A stretch of 45,338 bases of DNA from a virus. Of the stretch, positions 14,532 through 23,767 are shown one piece after another. Location: positions 1-45,338 of the IMG/VR virus record IMGVR_UViG_3300045988_062964; one strand, 5' to 3'. A program made the position numbers and the translations under genes. A model generated the notes under the pieces. It made no database searches. It saw only the letters and a list, made by a program, of their open reading frames with translations, and had not been told where the DNA came from. Position 1 is the first letter of the stretch. Each line of letters opens with the position of its first letter.

Positions 14532-14692
14532 TATGTCCCGCCCCCATCCATAGCGGCCACCTTGTCCAGAAGGGCATCGATCTCCTCACCGCTGTATTTG
14601 CTGGTGTAGTATTCGGTTGGTTCTTCTGCCGCTTCTCTGGATGATAATTCCCGCTCAAGTGCCGCTACACGCTCCTCCAGAGTCAGTTCCAT
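14531..14692 (-). CDS. Small 53-aa coiled-coil protein
   Basis: Not on the ORF track. Translation is MELTLEERVAALERELSSREAAEEPTEYYTSKYSGEEIDALLDKVAAMDGGGT. SD GAGGTGAG. Its stop overlaps the next start. Confidence 0.5.
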   Translation of the reverse strand: MELTLEERVAALERELSSREAAEEPTEYYTSKYSGEEIDALLDKVAAMDGGGT

Positions 14693-14701
14693 TTTCTCAC
14701 C

Positions 14702-16984
14702 TCACACAATTAGCCGACGGCCAAGCTTGTCCAGAACAACGCGGCCATTTTTATCTTTCACTGGGCCGGAGACTATCTTTTGGGGAACGCCATAATACAA
14801 AATAATGCATCCATCCATTGAGCTTCCCCCGTTTCCTCCTGCTCCACCAGTTACAACTGAAGCCTTTTTTACAAAAATGTCGGCATCGCACCGAACAGTA
14901 AGATCTTCTGTTTTACTGTCTCCGCCTGCACGATTAGACCATTTTCGTTTATTGGTTACTGAAAGTCTTACCGATCCACATACTCCAGCGCCGCCACCAC
15001 CGCTTCCACCGCTTCCGCCTGAACCATACGATGATGCATTCTCTCCATCTTTACCTTTCCCACCGCTTCCACCTCCATGTTGATATGCCTCCCCCTCTGC
15101 GTCTGCTCCATTAGATGAGCCTGCGCCAGAGCTTGGCCCTTTAAAATTTACATTGGCTTTGGTGGCTATTATTGCAGGGCCACCATTTTCTCCGTTTCCT
15201 CCTGCGCCACCGCCTCCCGCACCACCACAATCTGCCTCACAATTTGCCTCTGCATTAAACCAAAGAGTATTAATATTGCTTCCTGAGAATGTTTTTCTGT
15301 CAGAGTATTCTCTCTGGCTTATTCCTTCTCCGCCTTTTGCAGATCCAGCATCCTTGCCAGGCTCACCAGGGCCTCCACCATCTCCTCCATCCATTCCATC
15401 TTTTCCTGCTAAAGCATATGTTTCTCCTGTAACTGTATCAACATATCCAAGGTTATTTCGATTCCCACTGACAGACGAAAGCAATCCAAATGTTGTGACA
15501 CTTTCCCCTCCATAGCCAGTTGCTTTGCCACAAGAATACGCTATTTTTTGACCGCCCACGACATCGAGCGATGACTGGAAAATTCTACCTCCAAGGCCAC
15601 CAAGACCTTTCTTTCCACCTTTCCCTTCCGATTGGCTTCCAAGCGATACTGATGCTGTAGTCGAAACAAATGTATTTTCAGGTACAGAACTAGTGTTACT
15701 AGAGTAATCGCTAGCAGCTCTGGCAATATTACCAGATTCTCCATCCCCTCCGGGTTGGCCGCTTTGCCCACCATCAATCAAAACTGCTCTTACATATGTT
15801 GTCCCTTCAGGAACAGTCCACTCGCCTGCGCCTGTAAGAACTACACGGTTTTCGAGTAATTCAGTTTCCTCTATTTTTAATGGTACATATCCAACAAGCA
15901 TCTCCGAACTTGATTTTAATGTGTTTGAGATGGTAATGTCTTCTTTTTCAATGCAAGCCGTAACTGGCTCTTTGTTATATGGGTCCCATGTTAACACACG
16001 GTTCCCCGTTGACTCTCCATTATAAACAACTGGTGCGTGGATAGATTGGGCATGCTTATAGTAATTTTTCATTCGATCCGCAACAGCCGCAGAGTTTGTG
16101 AGCGATACCAACGTAGCATTTTCGACCTTCTTTACATTTGGCTCTTTGGCTGAAACAATATCACGTATGATTTGGCTCTTGTTGTGCGTATACTTTGTTC
16201 CAGTAAGCTTCCCAGACCCAGATGTTAGTTTCGCGTAATTGGCCCCACTCTCTAAAATAGTAAAGCCAGATGCAGACAGGTCAAACACAGGGTCATCAAA
16301 TGTAACAATTTTCCCTTCTTCTACAGACCCTTCAAAAAGTGTAGATGACTCACCAGATTTTATATATTGATGTTCCGTAACAATTACTTGGGTTACTTTG
16401 GCCGCGTTAGTGACGCTCGGGCCCTGATACATTCGGTCTAAACCAAGGTTCCCGCTAATTCCATCCCAAAGGGCCGCAATCCGAAGAACTCCATTTAGAT
16501 CAGTTCGAATAGTTGCGCCAATTGCAAATAGAACCTGTGACAAGTTATCCCTTGCCGTAGCGATAGGTAACCAACCATACAATTTTATGTCTGCTAAATT
16601 TGTTTTGATCTCGTATGGTATTGTGCCGCATATGGAAGCAAGAAGTTCGGATGCAGTCTCGCCAGAGTAGATTCCTCCATAATGCTGATTTTCAGATAAA
16701 AGCCCAATTGCGCTTGTTGCAGATATCTTATATGTATTGGGTCCATTCCGGTCAATGGATTTCACATAAAACACACCGGTCTGAACGTCATCATAAAAAT
16801 AAACAATTGGAGCGTTTCTTTCAAACTCTGTAATTGTTCTGTCCTCAGTCTCAATTACGACTGATAAGGTATTGGCTTCCAGAGAGGAAGATAGAAGAGA
16901 TGTTGCAATATGAAGATTTCCGCTTTTAATTTTGTTGCCCTCAAACACTCTGTCGCCATACACAATTTTGTTTTTGTTTGCCAT
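14702..16984 (-). CDS. Tail-associated (Tal-like) baseplate hub protein with a glycine-rich C-terminal half
   Basis: 760 aa. The N-terminal roughly 380 aa resemble prophage tail endopeptidase / minor structural protein N-domains. The C-terminal half carries GGAGGGGAGGNGENGG and GSGGSGGSGGGGAG tracts. Confidence 0.7.
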   Translation of the reverse strand: MANKNKIVYGDRVFEGNKIKSGNLHIATSLLSSSLEANTLSVVIETEDRTITEFERNAPIVYFYDDVQTGVFYVKSIDRNGPNTYKISATSAIGLLSENQHYGGIYSGETASELLASICGTIPYEIKTNLADIKLYGWLPIATARDNLSQVLFAIGATIRTDLNGVLRIAALWDGISGNLGLDRMYQGPSVTNAAKVTQVIVTEHQYIKSGESSTLFEGSVEEGKIVTFDDPVFDLSASGFTILESGANYAKLTSGSGKLTGTKYTHNKSQIIRDIVSAKEPNVKKVENATLVSLTNSAAVADRMKNYYKHAQSIHAPVVYNGESTGNRVLTWDPYNKEPVTACIEKEDITISNTLKSSSEMLVGYVPLKIEETELLENRVVLTGAGEWTVPEGTTYVRAVLIDGGQSGQPGGDGESGNIARAASDYSSNTSSVPENTFVSTTASVSLGSQSEGKGGKKGLGGLGGRIFQSSLDVVGGQKIAYSCGKATGYGGESVTTFGLLSSVSGNRNNLGYVDTVTGETYALAGKDGMDGGDGGGPGEPGKDAGSAKGGEGISQREYSDRKTFSGSNINTLWFNAEANCEADCGGAGGGGAGGNGENGGPAIIATKANVNFKGPSSGAGSSNGADAEGEAYQHGGGSGGKGKDGENASSYGSGGSGGSGGGGAGVCGSVRLSVTNKRKWSNRAGGDSKTEDLTVRCDADIFVKKASVVTGGAGGNGGSSMDGCIILYYGVPQKIVSGPVKDKNGRVVLDKLGRRLIV

Positions 16985-17000
16985 CGCCTATCCTCACCTT

Positions 17001-17396
17001 TTACGGCTTGACCTGTGCGTCTATCGGGACAAAGCTTACCTCTATTTCTCCCCAATAATTTACGCTACCTTCTACCTTCTCCATGTCTTGAGATGCGCTA
17101 GTATAATACGCCTCGTAGGAGATGGTTGTCTGTCCGTCCGCAGCCTCCAACATAACGCTATCATCGACTGAGTGTTGGTACAGATAGTCCCAAAAGGTAT
17201 CCAGCCCTTCGTAGTTGTCTCCTCTGCGAAACACTGTAATCTTATGTCCAAGATAGGTTCCAATAACATCACGTATCATTCGACCGGAAAGCACTCGGCC
17301 TGCATTATCTCCATCTAGTACATTGAAACTTCGATTATAAGTCGAAATTGCAACATCTGCGTCAAACTCAATGCCGTTCAATTTGATATAGCTCAT
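17001..17396 (-). CDS. Putative distal tail protein (short form)
   Basis: 131 aa, lying directly between the tape measure and the Tal-like protein. Confidence 0.45.
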   Translation of the reverse strand: MSYIKLNGIEFDADVAISTYNRSFNVLDGDNAGRVLSGRMIRDVIGTYLGHKITVFRRGDNYEGLDTFWDYLYQHSVDDSVMLEAADGQTTISYEAYYTSASQDMEKVEGSVNYWGEIEVSFVPIDAQVKP

Positions 17397-19988
17397 TTAG
17401 CCCTCCACCAAATTTACGCCGATACGCTGAACTTCGCTCTGAGTCGCTTGATAAGATACGCGACCAAGCACCTGCTTGTCGATTTCCAAGATAACTGTAT
17501 TGGAGCCGCCGCCACCATATCGCTGCATCCCACGGGCAACAGCGGCTTCAATCTCAGATGTTGGAGCCTCTATATTTGTCCCGCTCTTTTGATCTCCCAG
17601 TACGGCGAGGAACTCTTTGTTAGGCGGTATGACCGCGCCTTTTGCAAGGGCAGGAACGTCATCAATTGAAAGCCTTGGTACTGACATTCGGCCTAAGCCT
17701 GATCTAGCTGAATAAGAACTCCCCTTCGTGCTGCCACTTCCAAGCTTAAGCGCTGTACCACCACCTAAAAGTGCAATCCCGGCCAATATGAATAGAGGGT
17801 TTAATGTCATTGCACCAATAGCAACTAATGCAATCCCAGCAAGCAGCATTGCTGTAGATACCCACCCAGCCACCTCTTCAAGATGCAATGTTTCTACCCA
17901 ACTACGAAACGTCCCGCTTTCATTCCCAACGACAAATCCAGCAATAAGGAGTGCGCATCCACCTAGAAACATAAGAATGTTCATAGTCATTAGACCGATT
18001 GCAACAAGCCCAATTCCTACAAGCAAAATTGCAATCGTTACATACTCCATTACTTTTTCAAGGCCTAATGTTTTAACCCAATCCTGCAAATGATCATCAT
18101 TTATTGCGGCAACAATTCCGAGGCCGAGCACCACTGCACCAGCAATTAGCAAAATAAGATTTCCAGTAGCGGCCGCAATAGCTACCATTACGATGCCTAC
18201 CAAAAGTATGGCGACAGATACCCATTGAACAACGGTTGTAAGTTTCAGTTTTTCCCACCATGCCATCAGTGTCTGTTCTCCAATTACTTCTGCTGTCACC
18301 CCTGCTCCTAGAAGAACTGCTCCAGCAATAACCATAAAGATATTCCCCATTGCCGCTCCAATACAGATGAGGGCAAATCCAGCTATTTGCATTGCAGCTG
18401 TTACATAGTCAAACGCGGAATCAAGTCCCAGCGTCTTTGCCCAAGATTCAAAAACTCCACTCTCACTCCCTACAAAAACGCCAGTTGCAATCAAAGCTAT
18501 ACCAGATATAACCATAAGAATATTCCCTAGTCCTGCGCCAATACAAATAAGGGCAAATCCAGCTATCAATAGAGCGGCAGTTATAAACTGGGCTGCTCTA
18601 GAAAGTCCAAGCGCTTCCGCCCAATCTTGCATCATTCCGCTTTGATATGCATAAGCCACAGCAACTCCGATCAAAGCTAGTCCAGCCACAACAAGTAAAA
18701 TATTTACAGTTGAAGCTCCAATAGCAACCATGGCGATGCCGCCGAGTATAATTGCCAATAACACAAACTCTTGCACACTATTTAAACCAAGTGCATCAAC
18801 CCAAGACTGTAATTGTTCATTTTCTCCAGAGAAATCAATGCCAGCTCCAAGTAAAAGTAACCCAGAAAGAACCAGAACTAAACTCCCTATAGATGCTCCT
18901 ATAGCTACAAGTGCAATACCACCTAGCATTAATGCAATTGGCACCCAAGCAGATACACTCGCCATCATTTCTTGGAGCCATCCGCTATTCATACCTTCTT
19001 GAAAGGCAGAAAAATCTGGCCCAATATCTTGATTAGAAGATTCACTTTTATTTCTGCTCCCCGAAAGCTGGTTGATTTCATCAAAAGAAGCGAGCGATTT
19101 CCCGGCCTCCTCAGCCGCTTCACCCGTTTTTTCAAGTGCTTCTGTTTCCTCATACAGATTTTCAGCGGAGTCCGCAGCTTTCTCTGCTGTTGTACCAAAC
19201 AGCGCAGCAGTAATCCGGGCGGCCATTGAAATTATACGGGCCAACATATCGACAAAATTTGTAAATGCTGGTATAATGACCTCAATCATCGGTTGAGCGA
19301 GCGTCAGGAGAGCCCCTTTTAGGCGTGCAATAGACGCTCTAGCCTCGTCATTTGTTTTAATGACTTTCCCCATCCATTCACGGAACTTCGCAAGAGCTTG
19401 TGTAATGACCGTGAATACAAGCGCGCTTCTGATAACTTCACGCATACGAGAAGAAAACTTGCTTGCGCTCTTTTGCGCTCTATCTACTGATTTTGCCATT
19501 TTGGCGGCGGCAGGGCCGGACTTTGCCATGTTCTGCTGGAGCCCTCCGGCTTCCTCTTTTGCCAGGTTCAACTTTCCTTCTAAGCCAGAAATTTTGGAAT
19601 CATAATCTGAAAGCGCTTTTTCAGCCTGCCTCCACTCTTTCTCAATTGCGTCAACCTTTTCTTGTTGCTTTTTCAATTTTGAATCGACCATAGGCCTATC
19701 AGAATAGGCACGCATATAGTCATCAGCGGACGAACCAGCTTTCATGGCGGCATTGATAGCATTCTGTTCGTCCTGGAGCATGGATAACTGCTTCCTGGCC
19801 TCCTCCAACTCCGCATTTACAACGTTGAGGTTTTCTACTAAAGGAAACCTCCCCTGCTTTTTGGACGTAAGTTGATCTTCAAGCGATTGGATTTTCTTAG
19901 CAAGCTGATTCAGCTCTTTTTGTGCTTTCTTATTGTCAATATTGGTTTCAATGACGATGGAGCCGTCAGCGGCCACATTAAACACCAC
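17397..19988 (-). CDS. Tape measure protein
   Basis: 863 aa, the largest gene. It has an N-terminal coiled coil and lies downstream of the Gp15/chaperone genes and upstream of Dit/Tal. Confidence 0.9.
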   Translation of the reverse strand: MVFNVAADGSIVIETNIDNKKAQKELNQLAKKIQSLEDQLTSKKQGRFPLVENLNVVNAELEEARKQLSMLQDEQNAINAAMKAGSSADDYMRAYSDRPMVDSKLKKQQEKVDAIEKEWRQAEKALSDYDSKISGLEGKLNLAKEEAGGLQQNMAKSGPAAAKMAKSVDRAQKSASKFSSRMREVIRSALVFTVITQALAKFREWMGKVIKTNDEARASIARLKGALLTLAQPMIEVIIPAFTNFVDMLARIISMAARITAALFGTTAEKAADSAENLYEETEALEKTGEAAEEAGKSLASFDEINQLSGSRNKSESSNQDIGPDFSAFQEGMNSGWLQEMMASVSAWVPIALMLGGIALVAIGASIGSLVLVLSGLLLLGAGIDFSGENEQLQSWVDALGLNSVQEFVLLAIILGGIAMVAIGASTVNILLVVAGLALIGVAVAYAYQSGMMQDWAEALGLSRAAQFITAALLIAGFALICIGAGLGNILMVISGIALIATGVFVGSESGVFESWAKTLGLDSAFDYVTAAMQIAGFALICIGAAMGNIFMVIAGAVLLGAGVTAEVIGEQTLMAWWEKLKLTTVVQWVSVAILLVGIVMVAIAAATGNLILLIAGAVVLGLGIVAAINDDHLQDWVKTLGLEKVMEYVTIAILLVGIGLVAIGLMTMNILMFLGGCALLIAGFVVGNESGTFRSWVETLHLEEVAGWVSTAMLLAGIALVAIGAMTLNPLFILAGIALLGGGTALKLGSGSTKGSSYSARSGLGRMSVPRLSIDDVPALAKGAVIPPNKEFLAVLGDQKSGTNIEAPTSEIEAAVARGMQRYGGGGSNTVILEIDKQVLGRVSYQATQSEVQRIGVNLVEG
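17750..18990 (-). repeat. About seven tandem repeats of roughly 58 aa within the tape measure, each a predicted double-TM hairpin (coordinates approximate)
   Basis: The recurring unit is (Q/E)(S/D)W...LGL......(V/I)..A....G(I/F)A(L/M)V(A/C)IGA...N......G..L...G. Confidence 0.7.
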
Positions 19989-20008
19989 CTTGATAGGAGA
20001 GATTTACA

Positions 20009-20845
20009 TTGGAAGGGTACAAGGAAATCATTATTACAAGAGAAAAATCGCCGTGGGGATGCGCTGTCGACTTCACAGTGCTTTTGGATGACAAAGTGGT
20101 TGGGATTTTAAGAAACGGCACAACCGTTTCTGCATACGCTCAAGATGGACCCCATACGCTTTCGTTCCAAAAGGGGCGTAAAATCGACTGCTCAATTTCA
20201 ATCCTCGTATCGCCGGATGACACTGCAAAAGTTGTAAACACAGCAATATCTGGATCACACCTCGTAGTTGAGAGTGAATACGCAACAAACGCACCAGAAA
20301 CCGCTGTTTTCGATAGTGAGAACGCCCAAGAAAAAAGAAGCAGAAAAATTAAGGGAAATGTTGCCTTTGCAGCTGTGATTGTCGTTGCTATTATTGCCGC
20401 TGTATCTCTTACTTTTGGGGGCCGCTCTGATAGTCAGTCAAACGATGGCTATAGTCCAAGCCAATCAACTACTACACCCACGCAGCCATCCGATAATTTA
20501 GCGCAGAACATCCATCCGGAGGAAATTACCATCTCAGCCAACAGCTTGTGGGCGGCATATAAGGAGAATGCAGTGAATGCCGATGCGCTGTATAAGGATA
20601 AAATCTTGGTTGTGACTGGCACAATTCAAAACATCGGGCAGGATGTTTTAACAAAAGCACCTTGCATTTCGCTCGAAACAAATGACGGTTATGGCCTTTA
20701 TCCTATACAGTGCTTCTTCCCGAAGGATGGAGACCAAACGGATTTGATTGCACAGCTAAAGGATGGAGACTACATCACTATCGCTGGTGAGTGCGATGGA
20801 ATCCCTCTTGCTCAAGTTCAGTTGACAAAATGCACGATACGATAA
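20009..20845 (+). CDS. Opposite-strand moron: single-pass membrane protein with a C-terminal OB-fold (tRNA_anti-like) domain
   Basis: TTG start 8 nt after the SD AGGAGA. TM segment VAFAAVIVVAIIAAVSLTF. C-terminus ISANSLWAAYKENAVNADALYKDKILVVTG...ITIAGECDG...VQLTKC. Confidence 0.75.
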   Translation: MEGYKEIIITREKSPWGCAVDFTVLLDDKVVGILRNGTTVSAYAQDGPHTLSFQKGRKIDCSISILVSPDDTAKVVNTAISGSHLVVESEYATNAPETAVFDSENAQEKRSRKIKGNVAFAAVIVVAIIAAVSLTFGGRSDSQSNDGYSPSQSTTTPTQPSDNLAQNIHPEEITISANSLWAAYKENAVNADALYKDKILVVTGTIQNIGQDVLTKAPCISLETNDGYGLYPIQCFFPKDGDQTDLIAQLKDGDYITIAGECDGIPLAQVQLTKCTIR

Positions 20846-20850
20846 TCATA

Positions 20851-20879
20851 GCCGCCCCTCCTGGGGCGGTTTTATTTTG
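20851..20879. terminator. Intrinsic terminator after the moron (GC hairpin plus T-run on the + strand)
   Basis: GCCGCCCC-tcct-GGGGCGG followed by TTTTATTTT. Confidence 0.75.
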
Positions 20880-21444
20880 CGCCTGTCCAGAGGTTAACGA
20901 GGTCATTCTCCGCCTCACTGTAGGTCTGCTTGATGTCGATAATGTCACGGTTCTTTCGGTAGAACTCCCTGTCAGACTTGTCCAGCGGCTTGCCCTTTGC
21001 CTTCTTGTCGCGGATGCGGACGATCTGGGCAAAGAGGCAGTCCCCTATTTCCGCATAGGCCGCGAGGATAGTCCACCAGTGGATGCCGCCCGTGTTGGTT
21101 TCGATGTCGTAGTCCACAGCGCGGGCTTCATAGCCCAGCACACGGTTGATAGGGGCAATGATGCGGGGGAAGTCCATAGGCCAGTCCACAAGGTGTGGGC
21201 CTTTCTGCTTCCGTGGCTCCTCGCCGCCGTTGATGAATCGAAAAACCTCTTTTATGGCCGCGTCATAGTCGGTCAGCTCGTCAAAATCCACATAGAAGAT
21301 TTGGAGCACGTCAAGGGCCCGGTCTTCCTCGCTGGAATCGGGGTCGTTCATGGCCTCGAAAATGTCTAGGATAACCCGATAATCATAGCGGATAGCAAAC
21401 TCCTGCCCGTCTATCTCCACGCTTTTTGGAAGTCCATAGCTCAT
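20872..21444 (-). CDS. Bacteriophage Gp15-family protein (tail assembly, upstream of the tape measure)
   Basis: 190 aa. VEIDGQEFAIRYDYRVILDIFEAMNDPD matches the Gp15-type N-terminus. Its position is conserved. Confidence 0.65.
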   Translation of the reverse strand: MSYGLPKSVEIDGQEFAIRYDYRVILDIFEAMNDPDSSEEDRALDVLQIFYVDFDELTDYDAAIKEVFRFINGGEEPRKQKGPHLVDWPMDFPRIIAPINRVLGYEARAVDYDIETNTGGIHWWTILAAYAEIGDCLFAQIVRIRDKKAKGKPLDKSDREFYRKNRDIIDIKQTYSEAENDLVNLWTGAK

Positions 21445-21459
21445 GGCGTGCTCCTTTGA

Positions 21460-21891
21460 TTACTTCTTCTGATACTTCTGGTATTTCGCTGTGTACTTGC
21501 TGATGCGCGGGTTAGTAAGCTTCTGCTCTCTGGTGAAAGTGGTATCAATCTCATCCATGACCGCCATCATCAAGTTGCACCAGACAGGGAGGCCGTTGGC
21601 AATGGCATAGACATTCATGCCGCCGAAGACAGACTCGCTCACAGGGGCATCGAACACGCCGTCAATAATGCCGCGCATTTCAGCGTCCCGCTCTTTGGCA
21701 AACTCGAAGATTTCCTTCTTGTCCACCATCTTCTCGATCTGGGCCTTATAGCTCTCCTGCTTCTTGTCCAGATCCTCAAAAGCGGAGTACAGCCGCTCAA
21801 CGAAGTTGCTGTCAGTGGGGTTGAACGACACCTCGCACTTGCCATTCAAAGAATATGTAACAAGGCCGGAGTCAAAATTCAGTTCCTTCAT
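21460..21891 (-). CDS. Putative tail assembly chaperone
   Basis: 143 aa and acidic, lying between the major tail protein and Gp15. Confidence 0.5.
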   Translation of the reverse strand: MKELNFDSGLVTYSLNGKCEVSFNPTDSNFVERLYSAFEDLDKKQESYKAQIEKMVDKKEIFEFAKERDAEMRGIIDGVFDAPVSESVFGGMNVYAIANGLPVWCNLMMAVMDEIDTTFTREQKLTNPRISKYTAKYQKYQKK

Positions 21892-21894
21892 AAG

Positions 21895-22434
21895 TTAAAC
21901 CTCCACGGTTCCCGGTGTGAATTTCACAGTTCCATCACTAATCGATGCTGTACCAACAGTTCTAGTGCCGCCATATGTAACATCAATTGGCATCCCAATT
22001 GTGCCACCGCCTTCACCACCGAGCCCGGACGGCAAAATAGAGCATGAGGAGTATCTTTCAGCAAATACCGCTGTTCCGGCCGTCCCCGCATACAGATGGA
22101 CAATAAGCATATCTTGATTCATCAAAGCGTTCACGTTCTGATCTTTGATAGCAAGGTTCCAGATTTTTTCCTGTGCTGCGTCATCTGCATCCAACTCACA
22201 TGGGTCAAAGGTTTGTGTAATGGTTGGTTTCTTCCCGTTGGTATAGGTATTTCCAAAAATATCAACTTTGGTTTCTGTTTGCCAGTCGTATTCGGCTGAA
22301 CTGTCCTCTACACGCTTACCGATGGGAGACCACGTAGGCGTAGAGCTCTCTCCAGTGTTTAGGTAAGCAATTAACATTTCACGGCCTACGGTCTGGCCCG
22401 GCGTAGTATTAAAAGTCAAATCAGACTCAGGCAT
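21895..22434 (-). CDS. Major tail protein
   Basis: The start at MPESDLTF follows the SD GAAAGGAGAAAAA. About 179 aa. Call based on position and size. Confidence 0.65.
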   Translation of the reverse strand: MPESDLTFNTTPGQTVGREMLIAYLNTGESSTPTWSPIGKRVEDSSAEYDWQTETKVDIFGNTYTNGKKPTITQTFDPCELDADDAAQEKIWNLAIKDQNVNALMNQDMLIVHLYAGTAGTAVFAERYSSCSILPSGLGGEGGGTIGMPIDVTYGGTRTVGTASISDGTVKFTPGTVEV

Positions 22435-22447
22435 TGTTTTTCTCCTT

Positions 22448-22918
22448 TCAAACGCCAACTTCATATGTCAGTTTCATCAAAATCTGGTAGTCTTCATAGC
22501 CGTTCTCATAAGCGGCAAATTTAGAGGATTGTGTGGTGGGCTCAACTCGGAGCGCCCGAATCTCGTCTCCCAAATCAGGAAGATTTTTTCTTGCCCAGTC
22601 ACCGAAGTGGTTCAGTAGCTCGTCAGCCTCCAGGCGCTTGTCGTTGCTGCGCCCAGGCCTAATATGGTAAATTAGTTTGAATTGGTACTCCGCCTGATAG
22701 CCGCCCAGGATGAACCGCTTTGTGATATAGGTCCCCTGGATGGTAGACAATGCCATACCGGTCTCGTCTCCCTGGTCAGCGGACAGAAACTCATATTTAA
22801 TGATGTCCACCGGCTTTTCCGGGAAGGTATTGGCCCACACCAGCATGGAGCGGGAGATTTTATCCACTTCTTCTGTCGCCGCCAGCATGCGGGGTTTCTC
22901 TTTTTTCTCAGAGTTCAC
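22448..22918 (-). CDS. Tail completion / head-tail joining protein
   Basis: 156 aa, called by position within the connector gene set. Confidence 0.5.
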   Translation of the reverse strand: MNSEKKEKPRMLAATEEVDKISRSMLVWANTFPEKPVDIIKYEFLSADQGDETGMALSTIQGTYITKRFILGGYQAEYQFKLIYHIRPGRSNDKRLEADELLNHFGDWARKNLPDLGDEIRALRVEPTTQSSKFAAYENGYEDYQILMKLTYEVGV

Positions 22919-23318
22919 GTTTCACCGCCTTATCCGCCGTCCGAATCCAGTTATCCAAATTCTCGGCCTTGCTGGCTTCGAACCAATGGGATTGTGCCTG
23001 CGCATGTGATGCTGTATTAAATACAAGGTTTTTGTCAGTCAAGACCTTTGTTGTGCCCTTTGATGCATAACTGCTACCTGTAGCCGGGTCTACCATTAGT
23101 TTTCCAAAATATAAGTAGCGTGCATATGGGCCTGGGTAAATCACTTCTGAACCATCTACCCGCGTCCGTTTGTCCAATGATCCGGTAAGCATCGGAACAT
23201 ATGGTGATGTGTCCTTCCGCACCTGGAGTGCCACAGTATGCTCCGCTTTGGTGCACTCCTCATCCAACTTGTCCCTGATTGCTTCCAGCCCTTCGGCGCG
23301 GAAACTGAATTTCAGCAT
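22908..23318 (-). CDS. Head-tail joining protein (HK97 gp10-like / minor capsid family)
   Basis: Motif VRKDTSPYVPMLTGSL. Confidence 0.55.
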   Translation of the reverse strand: MLKFSFRAEGLEAIRDKLDEECTKAEHTVALQVRKDTSPYVPMLTGSLDKRTRVDGSEVIYPGPYARYLYFGKLMVDPATGSSYASKGTTKVLTDKNLVFNTASHAQAQSHWFEASKAENLDNWIRTADKAVKREL

Positions 23319-23767
23319 TAAACCCCACCAACTTCCCAGTGAGCCATTTCACCGCCGAAGTCCTTTTCATCGACTTTAGTAATATCGTACACACCGTCGT
23401 AGTCGGCCTCTATGGTCTCTACCGTCCATTCCGGGTGTATAGCCTCACCCTTGATGAAAAAACTATCACGGGCCACAGAGAGCGTCCATAGGTCGCTTTT
23501 ATCATCTGCTTTCCAGAACTCGACTGGCCCGACATACCTTCTTTGGATGCCTGTCACACCGTCCAACGCCTCAACCGAAAATGGAATGTACAGGTTGACT
23601 GCATCCGCGCTTTCCAGCCCGCTCTTGGTTACATTGGAACCCTTAGAGGCATCCAGGAGGACTCCCCGTAGGACAGTGATGTGGTTCACTGTGGTCTCCT
23701 CAAAGGTGGAATGGTCCGTCTCAACGTAGGTGTTATAGACCGTCACAACATGGGGGAACATGTCCAT
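23318..23767 (-). CDS. Head closure / head-tail adaptor protein
   Basis: The start at MDMFPHVVTVYN follows the SD GGAAGGGGG. Called by position. Confidence 0.5.
   Translation of the reverse strand: MDMFPHVVTVYNTYVETDHSTFEETTVNHITVLRGVLLDASKGSNVTKSGLESADAVNLYIPFSVEALDGVTGIQRRYVGPVEFWKADDKSDLWTLSVARDSFFIKGEAIHPEWTVETIEADYDGVYDITKVDEKDFGGEMAHWEVGGV

Noticed and set aside
14805-15515. Pro-rich + strand ORFs (14805-15083, 15153-15515).
   Set aside because: They are the antisense reading of the GGN-rich glycine tracts in the Tal-like gene.
21444-21480. Programmed -1 frameshift between the tail chaperone genes (G/GT type).
   Set aside because: The two ORFs are separated by a 15-nt gap with a separate SD (AAAGGAG) for the Gp15 gene. 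No slippery heptamer is visible near the 3' end of 21460-21891.
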